DNA from: Trichoplax adhaerens
Lineage: Eukaryota; Animalia; Placozoa
NCBI RefSeq assembly: GCF_000150275.1
Contig: NW_002060945.1
Location: 9,564,011 to 9,628,010 of the forward strand
Length of the DNA stretch: 64,000 nucleotides
Direction of reading: 5' to 3'
Part shown: positions 18,852-33,240 of the stretch, one piece after another
Layout: each line of letters opens with the position of its first letter
Position numbering within the stretch: the first letter of the stretch is position 1
Translations under genes and position numbers: made by a program
Notes under the pieces: generated by a model
Database searches by the model: none
Told to the model about the DNA's origin: nothing
The model's input: only the letters and a program-made list of their open reading frames with translations

Positions 18852-21198
18852 AATTATAATGGGTGTTACCAAGTAAATCTAATATCTTTGTAGAAAGTAT
18901 TGCTACAATATCAAATAAAAAGCAAATTTCTTAATTGATCATCTATGAAGAGGAACGAATCGGTTTACTATTTACTTGGACTATCTATTCATCATCTACT
19001 GTCAAATAGACTCTAAAATTATGAAAAAAAACGAAGTTGACAAAATTAAGGCCTTAAAGCTTCAACTTACCTAGCTGTCTACTAAATTTATTTATACTTT
19101 CATTGCAGTCTACTGTACGTTGAGTTAAAATTTCTTCTGCAAGTACTGATTATTGGCAGCTAATAGAATTGATTACAACTTTTCGTTTTACCATAGGGGT
19201 AAGATGACCATCAATTGCAATCAACTTGAGATGTTGAATTCTTTCCAAAACTATCGATTAATTTTCCTTATTCCGTATGTAAAATTGTGTTCATTTATCT
19301 GCATCGAGTTCAAATGTATTTCATTCCTATTTATGCAGGCTACGTTGTGGATTACTCAATTTATCTATTCTCTCTAAACTGTTAATTTGCTAGTAGATTA
19401 AATTGATGAAGAAAAAACACTTGCTATTGAATATTAATGTTGTCCAGATGATTCTTCAATCTTAAACGTTATTTAAGCTGGTTGTATGAGGCTTGTTCTG
19501 CTCGATGTATAATTTAAGACCATGAGTAAAATAACAATGTATTTTGTTTGGTTGTCAATACAACATTCTTCTCTATAGTAGGATGAATTTAGTCCAGCGT
19601 AGAAAGAGTATAGTGTATCAATCGACAAGATATAGTCAATGAGTTCACCAATGCTTTATTACTTATATCATAATTGATTTTACGCGTATTATTCTTTACC
19701 TATCATTCCTGAACAAGGTATAGAATATAGTATTAAGGCAAAATATCAATAAATCATTAGTTGATACTGAATGCAAATGTAAACAGCTCAGTAGATTGCA
19801 AGCATCGTGAATAACAAGCCAACCAATCATATAGCAAAGTTTTATGTACCTTGTTGCTATGGTGATGTCCGGTATAACAACGGTAGCAAGCGCTTCCTCC
19901 AAGCTGGATGGGGGGGGGGGGTGGCTTTGACGTAGGAGCACTGCAAGATCAATATTATAATTATGGATATTTCTTCTATCCCAATAAAGTCTAGTGTAGT
20001 CGTTTAAGATAGGGTAGGAAAGAAAGAAACGCATTGAAGGTATTCATTTGCGAGAGACAGTTTTAATTACTTTGCGATAGTATCTCATAGAGATCCACTC
20101 AGGCGGTTGAAGCAGCGCTTAAATAATGTCACCCCTTACGGTGTTGATAGGCAGGTTAATGCGCATAGAACACTCGATCGAGATAAAACTACACACGCTT
20201 GTATACGCTTGAGTACAAGCGGGCTCGATAAGCCAGAGTGACATTATATTTGTTCCGGGCTACCCTTGTGCGGTATCGGCCAACTTTCGCTGGTCAATTT
20301 AACTCCACCGTCTAGCTACAAGCGTACAGTATACTGTACAGTACTATGCATTACTGCTGATATTGGCTAGCCAGCTGGCAAGCTTATTGAATACTTAAAC
20401 CTTTAAAGATTTAACGTGAACGATCCTTTTCTGTCCCTTTCTCTTTTCTTCAGTAACATAGTGTAGAATACAATTTTGCTGATTGAAATCATCCAATTTC
20501 AACAACTTTGTAAACTGATATTTTGACCCGTACGATGGCTCACTATGACGCATCTACCCTAGTATGCGGTGTATAGTCACATAGTCAATAGAGGGTCAAA
20601 AATACAAAGCAAAACTTCATTGGTACACAGCTGTGGCTCCATTCTACTATAGATTTTCGACCTAAATGACATAAAGAACATTCTTTAGGCTTATGATGAT
20701 GATTTCTGATTTCTCAAGGAAGAGGTGTTGTTATTTTAACGCGTGCTTAACTCCAAGTGAAATCAATGTCACCCATAAACGACCAATATCATTTTGCTAG
20801 CGATTTAAGCTAGCGGATTACTAGGTCTACACTACCATACAATCTATAGTATGGGTACTGGCTACAGTAGAATCATCATAGGGTGACATTTTTTTTGTAC
20901 AGTGAGACGATCGCTTGACTGACGTCACGGAGTACCGTACAGTACTCGGAGCTCAGTAGAATTACTGTAGTAGCACGACTTGAAATACATCGCAACTGAC
21001 TTTCCATAGTAAACCCTTGGACTGGAGACGATTTAACCTTGCTAGTTGGCAGAATCATGTCTTCCCATCACAACAGTTGAACTCTTTCCGTTCAAAAAGT
21101 TGAATCCAACGACATCCATTCTATATTAAAGTCGTCATGTATCAGACTTATTTAGATTTATAATTATCGCATACTTTGAGCCAAATCGATTGACGATA

Positions 21199-23903
21199 AT
21201 GGAAAATTCCAAGGAAGAAAATCTACCTGATGTTACTGAATCGAACAACTCGCCAAAGCAAAATGAGCCATATCAGGAAGAAGAAGTGGATCCAAGAGTA
21301 CAGGTACCCATTGCATACATGATCGTAGCATAGACTGTATCGTGTTGTAATTGATATTTTAATCAGTCATAGCACGAGCAAAGTACTTGATAGCTAGGCT
21401 TCTACTATTCGACTTGGCCTGAGCAATAATACATAAGCCTAAATGAACTGCGTTATCGAGTATATTAGTGGCTTAGCATGGCTTAAGTCAAAAGAAATGG
21501 AGTTTTACCTTTTCTCTACATTTTCATAGTGTATTAGCCTGTGCTAAGGCAATCTTGATATCCAATTCAAGTGAAGTTGATTTAGGATTAGCCTTCATTT
21601 CTACGCTAGAATGCCAACAGTAAATGATGTTGATATCTGTCGATTACAACAATAGATAAGACATCTTGTAGACAAGCTCGATTGATTTATAAAGAATAAA
21701 AATCGATCTGAAAGTCAGTACTAAAGACGACTGTAATAGCGAGATTTTCTACTGTTATGAGAAACGTAAAAGTGATCTATCGTTGCTAGACCTGACAGTC
21801 TTTGCAACATGGAAGTTCTAATACAATTCATCATTTTGATTACGATCTTTTAGAAATTCTTAGAAATACTCAATGTCAAGGCTGTTGAAATTAACGATCT
21901 TGAAAAGAAAATTGAAGTAAGTAGAAAAGACATCAATTAGGTATATCGGTATAATAGACAATGATGGATATTTCATACAGTTCAAACGTTTTGCCATCAA
22001 AAATTAATGTATAGCATCAGGCTCGATACGATTGTTATAATATTAGGAATGAACGCCTACTGCACTACTTTAACTTAGTATTGTTTTGTAGAAATTGGAA
22101 GTAAATTGGAGACGTTTATCAATGTCAATATTACAGTGCTAGACGAGTCAGTTTTGTATGTTCAATTTATTTATTCAAGCTGTGGATTAAATCCATCTTC
22201 TCTAGTTATAAGCTCCAATAATTATATAGTTAGACGATGATCGTTGTGAAGAATCGATAGTGAACGCACCTATGACCACATTTTAAAATGGCTATCATAC
22301 TGAACCATTATTCTTGTGTTGTACTTCTGTTTACGCGCAGAATAATTTGTAAAGTTGGATATAGTAGGATGCCTTATTACTAATTCTACAACGTTTTGTT
22401 TACTCTACTGTACTAGATCATCAAGAGTCTCTTATATTGTTACAATTTACGATTATATAAATACTAACACAGCAAGATCACAAGAATGCATAATACTATA
22501 CAAATTCTAATGTAAGAGTACAATGCAATATACAGTATAACGAAATTGCCTCTTATAATGAATGACGCAACAGGCACAACGAGCAGCTTTCCAGCGTACA
22601 CTTAATGAACTTGTTCCTCAACTTGAGGAGATCAAGAAAAAACGTGGTAAATATATCGCGATGGCTAGTCCATACTATAAAGCATTGGATTATCTTTACA
22701 AGGTTTGATCTTTCTATCATGTCATTATAACCAACGATCTATATAGGAGCTACAGGATATACCAAAGAAATTGCTTTAGTGTACGGTACACCACATGTCA
22801 TGAAAACAGTATCAGACAGTATTCTACTTGCATGGACTGTAGTATTCCAGATTTTTACGCTTTGATAATTCCCATAGAATAGATAACTTAATACTAGTAA
22901 ATACTTTTAATAAATATTCTACGTGAGTTTTATCGGCAATGAATAACATAAACTTTTATATTAATCCACTAAAGTGTCGTCGAAACTTACAAGCAAAGAC
23001 ACTACTATATCAACAAGCTAAATTAGACCACGAAGAAGCCAAACATAAGGTTTCTGCTGTAGAAGAAAGTTTTGAGGCTACTGGTGGACTGGAGATGACG
23101 GAATCAAAACAAGAGTCTTTAAATAGGGCTACAAACAAGGTAAAGATGATACCGGATGCTTTTGTTTCTATCCCACAAAATTATCATTTCCCGATTTATT
23201 CAAAAGATGTATTCTTGCATTGTAACTAATTTTTTAAAGGTCAATGACGCCGAACATAGAAAAGATCTTTTAGAAGCTGAACATAAAAAAGTAATCTTAT
23301 CTTGTAGTGAGGCAGAAAATCGATGTCAGATTTTGAAAAAAAATCTAAAGAAAGCGACAAAAAAAGCAAAGTATGTCGCAGTTAGCTAACTTGTCTACGA
23401 TATCTGTTTTTTCAAAAACTATAGCAGGTGTAGCCTTTGTGCCAAGTCGAAAATTCTTGAAAGCTGTATTTTAAAAATCTGTAAATTGCGCTTTATTTAG
23501 GCCTTTTTACGACTTGAAAGAAAAGTGTAATGCTTTACTCAATGAACATAAACGACAAATTGAAAAATACACTCGAGCCATAAAGTCGTGTAAAGAAGAG
23601 TATGCTGCCACTTTGCTTACCCTAGAACTGTTAAGTGAAAATATTCATGAGAGCCGCAGTAAATTAAATTTAGCCCAATTTAATGAAGACAATACCGAAA
23701 ATGATCAATCAGCTAATGTCGGCAATTACATAGAGGATTTATCAAATCGTCTTGACAATGAATTTGAAATCTTTAACGATGAAGCATCTGTGAATAGCAG
23801 TACTCCTTCGCTAGCTAGTGATATAGAGCAGAATTGTAACATCGATGATGACCCTGAAAATGAGAATGTAGCTGATACTTCCGAAATAAATGACTCTACG
23901 TAG
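21199..23903 (+). CDS. SH3BP5/SH3BP5L family coiled-coil Rab11 GEF (Sab/Parcas/REI-1-like)
   Basis: Exons 21199-21303, 21854-21916, 22574-22702, 22975-23139, 23240-23370, 23501-23903 join in frame: EEEVDPRVQKFLEILN..INDLE..ASPYY..KQESLNRATNKVNDAE..AKPFYDLK..KEEYAATLLTLELLSENIHESR. Confidence 0.88.
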
Positions 23904-24813
23904 TATTCGCTACTTAAGCCTTTTTGTTGTTAAATAAGATAGATTGAAGATATCAAACCTTCTTACTGTATAATATGTTATGGTACTTCAGATTGAAAGC
24001 TCTCTTATACCACCATTAAGATTGTTACAAAATCTATTTTTGTATCGCCTATTATAGTATTGTACCAAGGTTTTTAGTGATTTTAAGCAAATATTGTAAA
24101 CAAGCCGTCATTCTGACCTCGATAAGTTATGTTTCTGTGTTACCATTATAAATAATTGAAGACTATAATGTACTGATACATCAAGCATATGCGTACTCGT
24201 GTATTTGATCTCGATGCAGCCACTGTTTACAAATTTTTGTGTCATAACAAATATAATTGTTAAATCGAAGAAGACAAGTTTAGTTATAGCTATGATTCAT
24301 GATTATGCTTTTATTGATAGGGTGTATAAAAATAATGGATGATTATGAATAATTGATATAGATTTATATCGTATCATTTATGACGTTGGATGCCCTGGAT
24401 GTAATAAATTACGGCACATATTGTACTGTAGGTATTATCGGAATCAAAGAAAGCTGACTTTGCTCAACGTATTAAATTTTACAATACAAAATATTCTATT
24501 AACTTTGCTTCAGTGTCGTATATGCAGAAGTTAGCTATCGCTCCCGCGTAAAATTTTATATCGTGTAAACCAATCATTACAAATTGAAGATACATTGGAA
24601 TAATTTATTATTTCAAAAAGTTTATGTTGGATGTATATTATATTATATCACAATTAATCTGAACTCATTATTATTGTCTGCGTCAAATTGATATTGCAAT
24701 TGTTGAAATTAAATCGTGTTGTAATCCATTAGTGTGCTAATACTGTAGTACGGTTTAACTCTAAAGCGAATATTCATTACAACAACTATTGTATGATGGA
24801 ATAAAAATAAGGT

Positions 24814-26787
24814 CTATTCCAATTGATGATTAATTATCTTATTGTTTCGTTTTATCCTAGAAGTAGCGTTTTCAACAGATGTAGTCAGTCGGTCCAATTT
24901 ACTGTTTTGAATATCAGATTCTGTGCCTAAACAAGTAGCTATATCTTTAATTTCACCTAGTAAGTTACCAAGTACACGAGCTTCTCCTCTCTGGTCCGAG
25001 CTCTAAAGCAATATACAATAAAGGTTTACGTTTGCTCATCATATAACATGAGGAAAGGAATGACAGAAACAACCGAAAAGGCACGCGCTAGCAATAAAGA
25101 CTGATTACTACAACACAGAATTATTCGTAAGCGAAAAATCTGTGGAAATAGAATGCTGGTAGCAACAGTATCGTAAGCAATGATGAGCACATCAAAAAAG
25201 ATAATTAATGTAGTTTTTTGCAAATTATCAACACCTCTTTAAAGGTACAGTAAGGGAATAATTAAAGTATCATTAAAGCTACTGAACTTTTATTAATAGT
25301 AAATTTAAAATTTGTATGCAATATTGTATAAGCACTACGGTATAAAGTATTGATTATCATTAAAATGAATAAATCTTGATGTGGATCACTGAATTACAAA
25401 TGATTAGCCTTAACTCAGATATAGTCCATTTAGTATACGGATATATCCAAATTAATCTCTTCTATACATCAGTAAAATTGCAGTATGTGTAATAGAAGTA
25501 CGCCTACGAGTACTGTAGGTGGACATCCCACAGTATTTTAGATCATGTAGAAAGTAGGGTGCTCGTACACAATAAAAGTCAAATCATCAGAAATGGATAT
25601 GGCTATTAGAAAATTATAAAAAGTATTTCTATTAACACGTTAGTGAATCATTCTACCCAAGGTAAATTACTCATACACTTTCTATTGTAACTACATCATT
25701 AGATATAGTATCCATCGATGCAATCTATATTAACGAAATCTACGCGTACAGTACAACGTTGAAAGCTGTTCCTAGCAGCTCGTTCCATCATAACCTTGCA
25801 TGAATTACAGTATAATTAAAATATAATCTTTACAATATTGAATTATATACTCACCGACAAGACTTGTTGGTTGTGAATACCTTGTAGAAAACTCGAGTTG
25901 ACAAGGTTTTCACGAATCGGAATCGATGGTGATTTTTTACGAATATTGGCTACGATATTTGGCATATGCGCAGACATCAACTCAGCTTCAACTAATTCAT
26001 CATTCGATACGTGCAATGAAAAGATTAATCTCCATAAATTAATACGTTGTATGTTATCTAGTTGTGAAAAGAGTATTTCAACCGTTTTGCTCGCAGTTTT
26101 ATCTAGATCTATAATGATTCTGTCTTGTAGAATACTTGAAACACCTTTACAATACATCTGATTATTGTCACTCTTGTAAAGAACAGCAATTTGGACGCAG
26201 TTAGATAACCGTTTGGTGTTGTCTTCAGTTACAATCCTGTCCTGCCTCGATCGTATAGGAAGCCAGGTAAAATATTCCAAGATCCTTTCAGAAATGGTAA
26301 TTTTACTATGAACTTGGTCCGATTTGACACTCATTTGATCAATTTGTTCTCCTTGTTTTTCTAGTAGTTGTGCAGAAATATTCATATTATCACGTATTTC
26401 TTGTACAGTAGATAAGATTGCTCGACTGTCATGACCAACGTCATTATCGTCAGTTAATGTCGATTGGATTTTTTCTTCAAAAAAATGCAGAATAACATTC
26501 AACACCTGATGAAAGTTATCGAAAGATCCAAACCATAATTTTCTACCATGATTACATTGAACACATATGACTGGGAATATAAAATACGAGAAACTATGAT
26601 GGATAGAAGATATCTGATTGAAATCGATGCCACTTTCATCCAGCCTGTCAGTTTGTTGTTGTGGCTGCCAGAGTAAAGAATCGATGTTAATCGTTAATAG
26701 AATCTTGAACCATTTCTTATTTGAAGTATTATAGTAACAACCGTTGACCTGTATAACTTGCTTTTCCATCTTGCATGTTGTGTGCAA
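24814..26787 (-). CDS. SNAP47: SNAP47-like Qbc SNARE (PH-like N-terminus plus two SNARE motifs), 2 exons
   Basis: Exon 26787-25855 (donor GTGAGT) and exon 25002-24814. N-terminal FIFPVI..HGRKLWFGSF..VILHFF resembles SNAP47; Qb motif LLEKQGEQIDQM..ISERILEYF; Qc motif LLGEIKDIATCLGTESDIQNSKLDRLTTSVENATSRIKRNNKII*. Confidence 0.82.
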
Positions 26788-28212
26788 TCAGAAAGATTCG
26801 ATTCTATACTATTGGAATCCTGCGGCTTGGCCTTCATTACCAGTGGCCCAAGATTGCAAGATGATGATCGGAATCGAATCCACCATGATGAAAACAGTTG
26901 AAATGACAACAGACTTCTGTACGTCTGTCTATCTATGACGCACATCACTTTAAGCCCAGTGTACACTGTACAGTACATAATGATGTCACCGACAGTCATC
27001 CACTTCCTAGACTCCAGTATGATATTTCCAATGTTCAACTATGACATTGTTTTTGCTCACACTTTACAATAACATACCGTATTGTTTACTAGTACAGTTA
27101 GAGTATGGGCCCAAGGGCAGCCATTGCAGTTGCAGCTCAAGAAAGCCAACATGAATCATGCTTGGATTGATAGACCATAATCCAGCTTAAACTTTTTCGA
27201 CTCCAAATTAGGACTAATAATTTAATTAACTAATACAGTAAGCAACTACTATGATGTCTCTCCTTTACTGCGTACGTAATCCTTGATTACGGTAAGTGTT
27301 TACCGTAGTCAAAACACGATGCGAACATGATACGATTTTGACGCAGCTTACGAAAAGCGATCGAGGAAAGCAAAGTATGAAAGGTGGCCTAGAGTTAAAG
27401 AAGGACAGTTGTCGTAATACAAGAGCGCTTATGAATCACATAATCTAGCTCCAAGAAGCCAAGCTGGGACTACCTCTAGTAGTAATATATTGTATATGTT
27501 ATATAACCAACTAATGACAGTGGCAAACTCTCAGGAGTCGCTGATGGAAGCACAGACTTTGGAGAATTTCCTCTTAGAAGTCCCTACGACATAAGATGAG
27601 CGCTGTGATAACATAAGAAAAGTGATCCCATATGCGTATAATATAATATAATATATGAACTATTAAGGGGGCCGAGCGAGTTGAAGGATATTCGCAGTTG
27701 TTGCGCACAAGAAAGCGCTCATCAATTATAATATGATCTGGCTTTAAGGCTTGAGCCAAACTGGAGCTACCACTAGTAAATTAAGTTAATCAATATTGAT
27801 CCCAAGTTTCTCTTTTAGTACTGCAGTTAGTCCCGATAAAAGGGTTTATCGTAGTCATATAATATGATAGAAGAGCTTTGACGATTCAAGAAAAGACATC
27901 ATATAGTAAATAAGCTACTGTATAAGGGAAGCCGAAAGTTTGAAGAGCTGTAACGTCAGCTCAAATCGTTGGCAAAGTAATGTTACTGTTTCAGCTTTTC
28001 GCCGCGATTTTCTGCTTATTTTACTATATTATAAACAAATTTCTAGAGAGCATTGCAGAGATATCGCCGGCCGTGCGTGGCATCGGAAACTGCTAATTAC
28101 TATTACTTTTGAAGTACAGTAGTGATCGTATTTAGAGCTATGGGAAAATATCGTTCTACGGCCTTACAAATGGACAAGTCACTTACTGCAGTGTTATAAA
28201 CATTGCAATCTT

Positions 28213-28260
28213 CCATGGACAGTGCACTAGAAGAAAACCGCATCCTTCTAGTGGTCCATA
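28213..28260. mobile_element. Mini inverted-repeat element of the CCATGGAC family (48 bp)
   Basis: CCATGGAC[agtg]CACTAGAAG...CTTCTAGTGGTCCATA. The right-arm reverse complement GGACCACTAGAAGG is identical to unit 5 of the 34371 array. Confidence 0.6.
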
Positions 28261-29752
28261 AATCTGCTTTTGTTATAGGATGAGGCAATATAAATAGCAT
28301 GCTAAAATAAAAGAGGTAGAAAATTCTGATCAGTTTTATCTTATAAGGAACTGTTTATTTTTAAAACTCTTTTCCCAGCAAATACTACTGAATCAGCTGA
28401 ATAGGAAGTTGATATACATATGTACATATAGTTGACAGAAACTAATACTAATGTGAATACTGCTAGAGGGACTACTCAAGAAGAGAAACTACGAAAGAGG
28501 AACGGGACATACAGTAACTATTTTGGAAAGCACCGATTTTAAGAACACTATATAGTACTGTATTGTGACCATACTCAGTTTCGAGTGATCTTGTCAACTA
28601 AAACTACTTGCAATTCCTCGCAGCCCGCAGTATTATTTTTGTTATTCTTTAGCTTTAATCCTTTTTTATAGCTAACTGATTTAATTGGATATTGCAATGG
28701 ATTAAGTGAATGAAGTTATTTTCCCTACATTCTTCACTCACTTGCGACCTAGAAATGGTTGAGCATTGATATTACAGTGCGCAGTATTGAGATTTTTTCT
28801 TTGTGTAACGACACCTTTTCACTTTGCAGGAGTGATGGCCGGAATTAGAGAGGATGATGGATTAATATTTGCACAATAAAAGTGCATCACTTTACGAATT
28901 TAGGCGACTATTAATGAGAGCCTTACTATGAAAAGGGTTGAAAACATTTTACTGATACCTGTAGATGCTGATCAGAGAGATATTTTATCATGGTAAAAGG
29001 CAGCCCTCCAGCCTCTACGGTTAGAACAACCGATCATGAAACTCCTCCAGCATAAAATGACAGCATTTAACGGTGATACTGTTTAGGAACTTTGGTATTT
29101 TAATTTAACTTACTGTAAATAAAAGAAGTGCCCATCTACAGTACTGTCGTTTGTGCTACCATCGAGGTGCGAAAGGAAATCCTCCAACCCCTATGGCTAA
29201 TACAGCAATTTACAAGACGAGTCTGCGCCAGGAAATTTATAGAGTTGGAATTTTTTTATACCTACTACCGTTTATGGTTATCCATCATTTCCTTATTTAC
29301 TACAGAAACAGTAGTGGATTAGTAAATATACAATAGTATTAGAAGTAATATTAAAATCGGCTTAATTTAGTTTATACTTACATACAGGTATACTGTACTG
29401 ACAGCTGGCTGACAGTGACATACTGAAATACTGTAAAGCCAACCATCACGATTAGGGTGGTAGCTAAAATGAAATATGGTATAGTGCAGATACATAAATG
29501 ATAAAATCAATTGCACGTTGCATAAATTAAACCCTGTCCTGGTGCAATATATCATAACTAGAACAATTAATTAATATTGTATTTTTTTATGCCAGCCACC
29601 TACCTTGACAACTGCTCGCTCATATACCGTAGCAACAACACTATCGTACCTTTACTGGCTTGCCAAGATTGGCTGATTGTATCTTTGTGGTGACCTTCGT
29701 ATCTTTATGCGTATTCATCAGATATAATATTTTGAAAAAATTCGATCCTTTT

Positions 29753-31020
29753 ATGGCCAGGACAAATCCTCGTAATACTGTTTCAAGCACACATCACGAT
29801 GAGGTTAATGCCAATTCAAATAAAGTCTTGATGCCGGTTTCTGATCATGGCCCCAATTCACCTGCAGTTTCGTACTGGGGCCGATTTACGTTATTCAATC
29901 AATTTAGGCTTTTGGAAAATTTTAATTTATTGCGATGCTTATCCGTAATCGAGGTGAAATTCAATCGCCACACTTATAGAAGTGTTGATGAATTAATACT
30001 AGTTCAAAGGCAACCTTTACATGAAGAAAACAAGATTGTTATGCCTGTGTTGCCTAATCAGCAAGCAATTCAAGAGCAGAGTATGTGCAATGCCATTACA
30101 GATCATGAGAATACATATCCAGTTGGACAAGAAGAGAATGATCAAGTGAATCGAATGAACGCGAATAGTGAACGAAAAGGAACTGTGCTGGATAAATCGG
30201 CTCAATCTGCAGACTTACCATTATCATTCAATTCGATGATAGATGATAATCGAGATTGGCCTTATTTGACCGACGAATGTACTTGCATGTTACTTCGAAT
30301 TCCACTACATCAAAGAAATAAAAGTGGAGCCACTTATCACTCTAGATATTGCCCTTACAATAGAAACATTCGCAAAAACACTGAACGCAAATTAACCGTT
30401 CGAACCTATCTTAAATCTGCACTTAGGTTTATATGTATGATTACTTCAACGAGTATCTTGTTGGCAATGCTGTTTTACATCTTGGTCATCCTTTGCTACC
30501 TGAGTGAGCAAGGTGAGTCTATGACTGTATGCTATCATTGATAATGAATTCATATATAATCTTAGTAACTTTTGACCAATGCAAAGTTTTTTGGTGCACG
30601 TTCTCTACAGATTTATATGATGGCAGAGATGATGTCAACGTTGTCTTACCTTCAATTGTTGCAATAATTTGTGGTATGTGCAGTTTCAATTCTATTTAAA
30701 AATTCATTGCTTAGCCTAGGCAATGTTGCAATGATCAATTTTCGATATAATACATAATATAGTATACTTGCTAGATGATTTCGTGATTTTTATAATAGTG
30801 CACATACTTTACCCACTTGTGTACTTGCTGTAGTCAATTTCCATCCATTTATTTATTACTGATTGATCTGGTAGACATTATTGGATATTCTGGGTCTGCT
30901 GCCCTGGCAAGCCTATTTGTCTGTATTGGATGTTTATTCCTATGGATCATTTCAGGCAACGACAGGTCTTTACTTACCATTGAATCACGCAACTATCATC
31001 CTTTCTTGCTATCTTGTTAA
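29753..31020 (+). CDS. Orphan membrane protein (~320 aa, 2-3 C-terminal TM helices), no family recognised
   Basis: Long open exon 29753-30512 (donor GTGAGT), then 30611-30673 and 30875-31020, all phase-compatible. Hydrophobic segments FICMITSTSILLAMLFYILVILCYL and VVLPSIVAIICDIIGYSGSAALASLFVCIGCLFLWII; Cys/His patch CTC..H..H..CPY. Confidence 0.65.
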
Positions 31021-31172
31021 TATATGACATCTCAGTAGAATATCTACGATAGGACTAGGTGGTTTACAATAGCATTAGGTTATAAATAAATATGCTACTT
31101 GATAGTAATGAAGATCGACAAAGTACTTTATCCAGTCATGTCAAAACATTTGATAGGGCACTGGATGACGAG

Positions 31173-31213
31173 CCATAGACTGCTAGACCAGTGCTGTTTC
31201 TTGCAGCCCATGG
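31173..31213. mobile_element. Mini inverted-repeat element (41 bp), CCATRGAC family
   Basis: CCATAGACTGCTAGA...TCTTGCAGCCCATGG (12/15 arm match). The loop CAGTG.CTGTTT resembles the reverse complement of the 43635 copy. Confidence 0.5.
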
Positions 31214-33240
31214 ACGAATTAAGCTGACTCTAATCTACTTAGATTTTACTAATGAACATATTGCAAGAACGTAAATTATAGTTTTGCTCATGTTCTTGCT
31301 ATTTGCTACGATATTGCGGCAAGCATTAAGATGCATCAATGGGCTTATTATTATTATTTGCCCAAACGTGATTTCTTGCTCTAGTAAGAGTACAGTATGC
31401 CATTCACTATGCAACACAGCATTGGCTAGGTTGTGACAAAATAGGTGCTTCATTTGTATTATTGCAGTATTTGCATCTTGATAATAGTACATGCATAAAT
31501 CGGCAATTTGCTAATGCGCGTATGTTTATTACTCATATTCAATAAACATATTGCAGACTTCTTAATTATTAATATGTCGTTTTACTTACATTGGTCAAGG
31601 CAGTCCAAAGTCAATAATTTAAAGCTTCGCTCTTGATATGATTTATCCTCTGAGAGAAATGCTATTGGTTTGGTTACCATCCATTCGATGACAGGCTTAG
31701 AAAGTGAATACTAAATAACGACATTTAACCGATGATCCAATTGATTTGTTGTTCGATATACAAAAATTAACAGCTATTTTCGGTATTTAAAATGCCTTCT
31801 AAAACATTGGTATTAAACCAGGTATTATATTGTCGCTGATTAAGTACGGGACTGGATTATTCGTTACAAAAATCTTGACCCAAAATTTTGCTAAAAAGCT
31901 AACATTTTGGATGAACAATGTAATAAATATTTCATGAGACTAAGTCGAAGGTCTTAAATTGTAAGCAGAATGCATTTGCTACCATTTTATGATTACAGTA
32001 TTGCAGATCGATTCCAAAAACATATCTTAATTCTTATACTGTACAATTCAGCTTTAGGATTTTGATGAATTCTACTTAACAGTTCATATTCATAACTTGA
32101 AGTATTACATTATCGACCTTAAGAATACTAAGAAATTGTTGGTACAAAATCGTCATAAATTGTAAAGACGTAAGAATATAAGCTCATCGTATCAACTTTC
32201 TTAGTTACAGCTTCTGTAAAACATTAAGAGAAAACGATATAAATGCGACAAATACTAAAATTATGATTGCTATAACAACTCTATACATTACATCTCTACG
32301 CTAATAAAGTCGAATACTTTTGTATTTGGGTTTTGCTGCGAAGTAGCAAGAATTAACTAACTACGAATAAATCGTAGTATGACTCTTTTGTTATCTAAAT
32401 TAATTATCCAGTATTGTAGTCGATTTCAGAAGATAGTACAACGGACGCAAGCAAATATAATTTCGATTATTTTGACTTTTGCCAATAGTTTATTGAGAGT
32501 TAACTTGATCGGCAGTAGGTAGATTTGATTACACGTGTCTAAAAGTAGTCTTTTAACTAGATTGTACAGTATATCTAGCAGATCAATAATGATTCGGAAT
32601 TGGTTACAATAAGTAAAAATGATTCAACACGTACATTTGTATTAGTTCTGTTCCATCCTTTGACAAGAATCTTTTACGTCAATTTTTTACTCATCTTTAA
32701 GTATATGTGCGTAATGGAACAATTAGATCTAGGCTACAATAATATGATGTTAAAATTTGCAATTACAGTTCAGTAAGTATTTACCCAAAGGAATACAAAA
32801 CATGTACTGTAAGGGTAAAATAGATGATATATTATTATACATTTGTTTGTACGATTGTACTGTTAAAGTAGGAAAATTGTAGGGGATCAAGGAATATATA
32901 CTACATGATAACTGGTTACTAATGGAAGATGTTTAAAACTAGTTGTGGTAAAACTCACTGCTATTTGTCTAATATACATAGACAATTCCAATATTGCACG
33001 TATGAAATTTCTCCGGTGAGAGACGCGTCTCGTAAAAGTATAACTTATCGATAAAATAGGATAAAGCAATATATTTTTACATGATGATTGAAGATAGATT
33101 AAAGCATCACTGACATGTATGCATGCCAATTAATTATGCATCATCAGTACTTATCATCATTGAATGATTGAATTGCATGGTACAGAAAGAACAACAGGAT
33201 CAGGTCATCTCCATTTCCCAAAGTTCATTACTAGTTGATT

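Noticed and set aside
19070-19523. Additional upstream coding exons of TTLL4
   Set aside because: A donor exists at ~19069 (-), but all frames contain stops; more likely 5' UTR.
19910-19921. G12 run as a G-quadruplex or functional element
   Set aside because: Isolated homopolymer with no supporting context.
27100-28200. Pseudogene or transposon fragment
   Set aside because: Slightly GC-richer, but no recognisable domain, termini or sustained reading frame.
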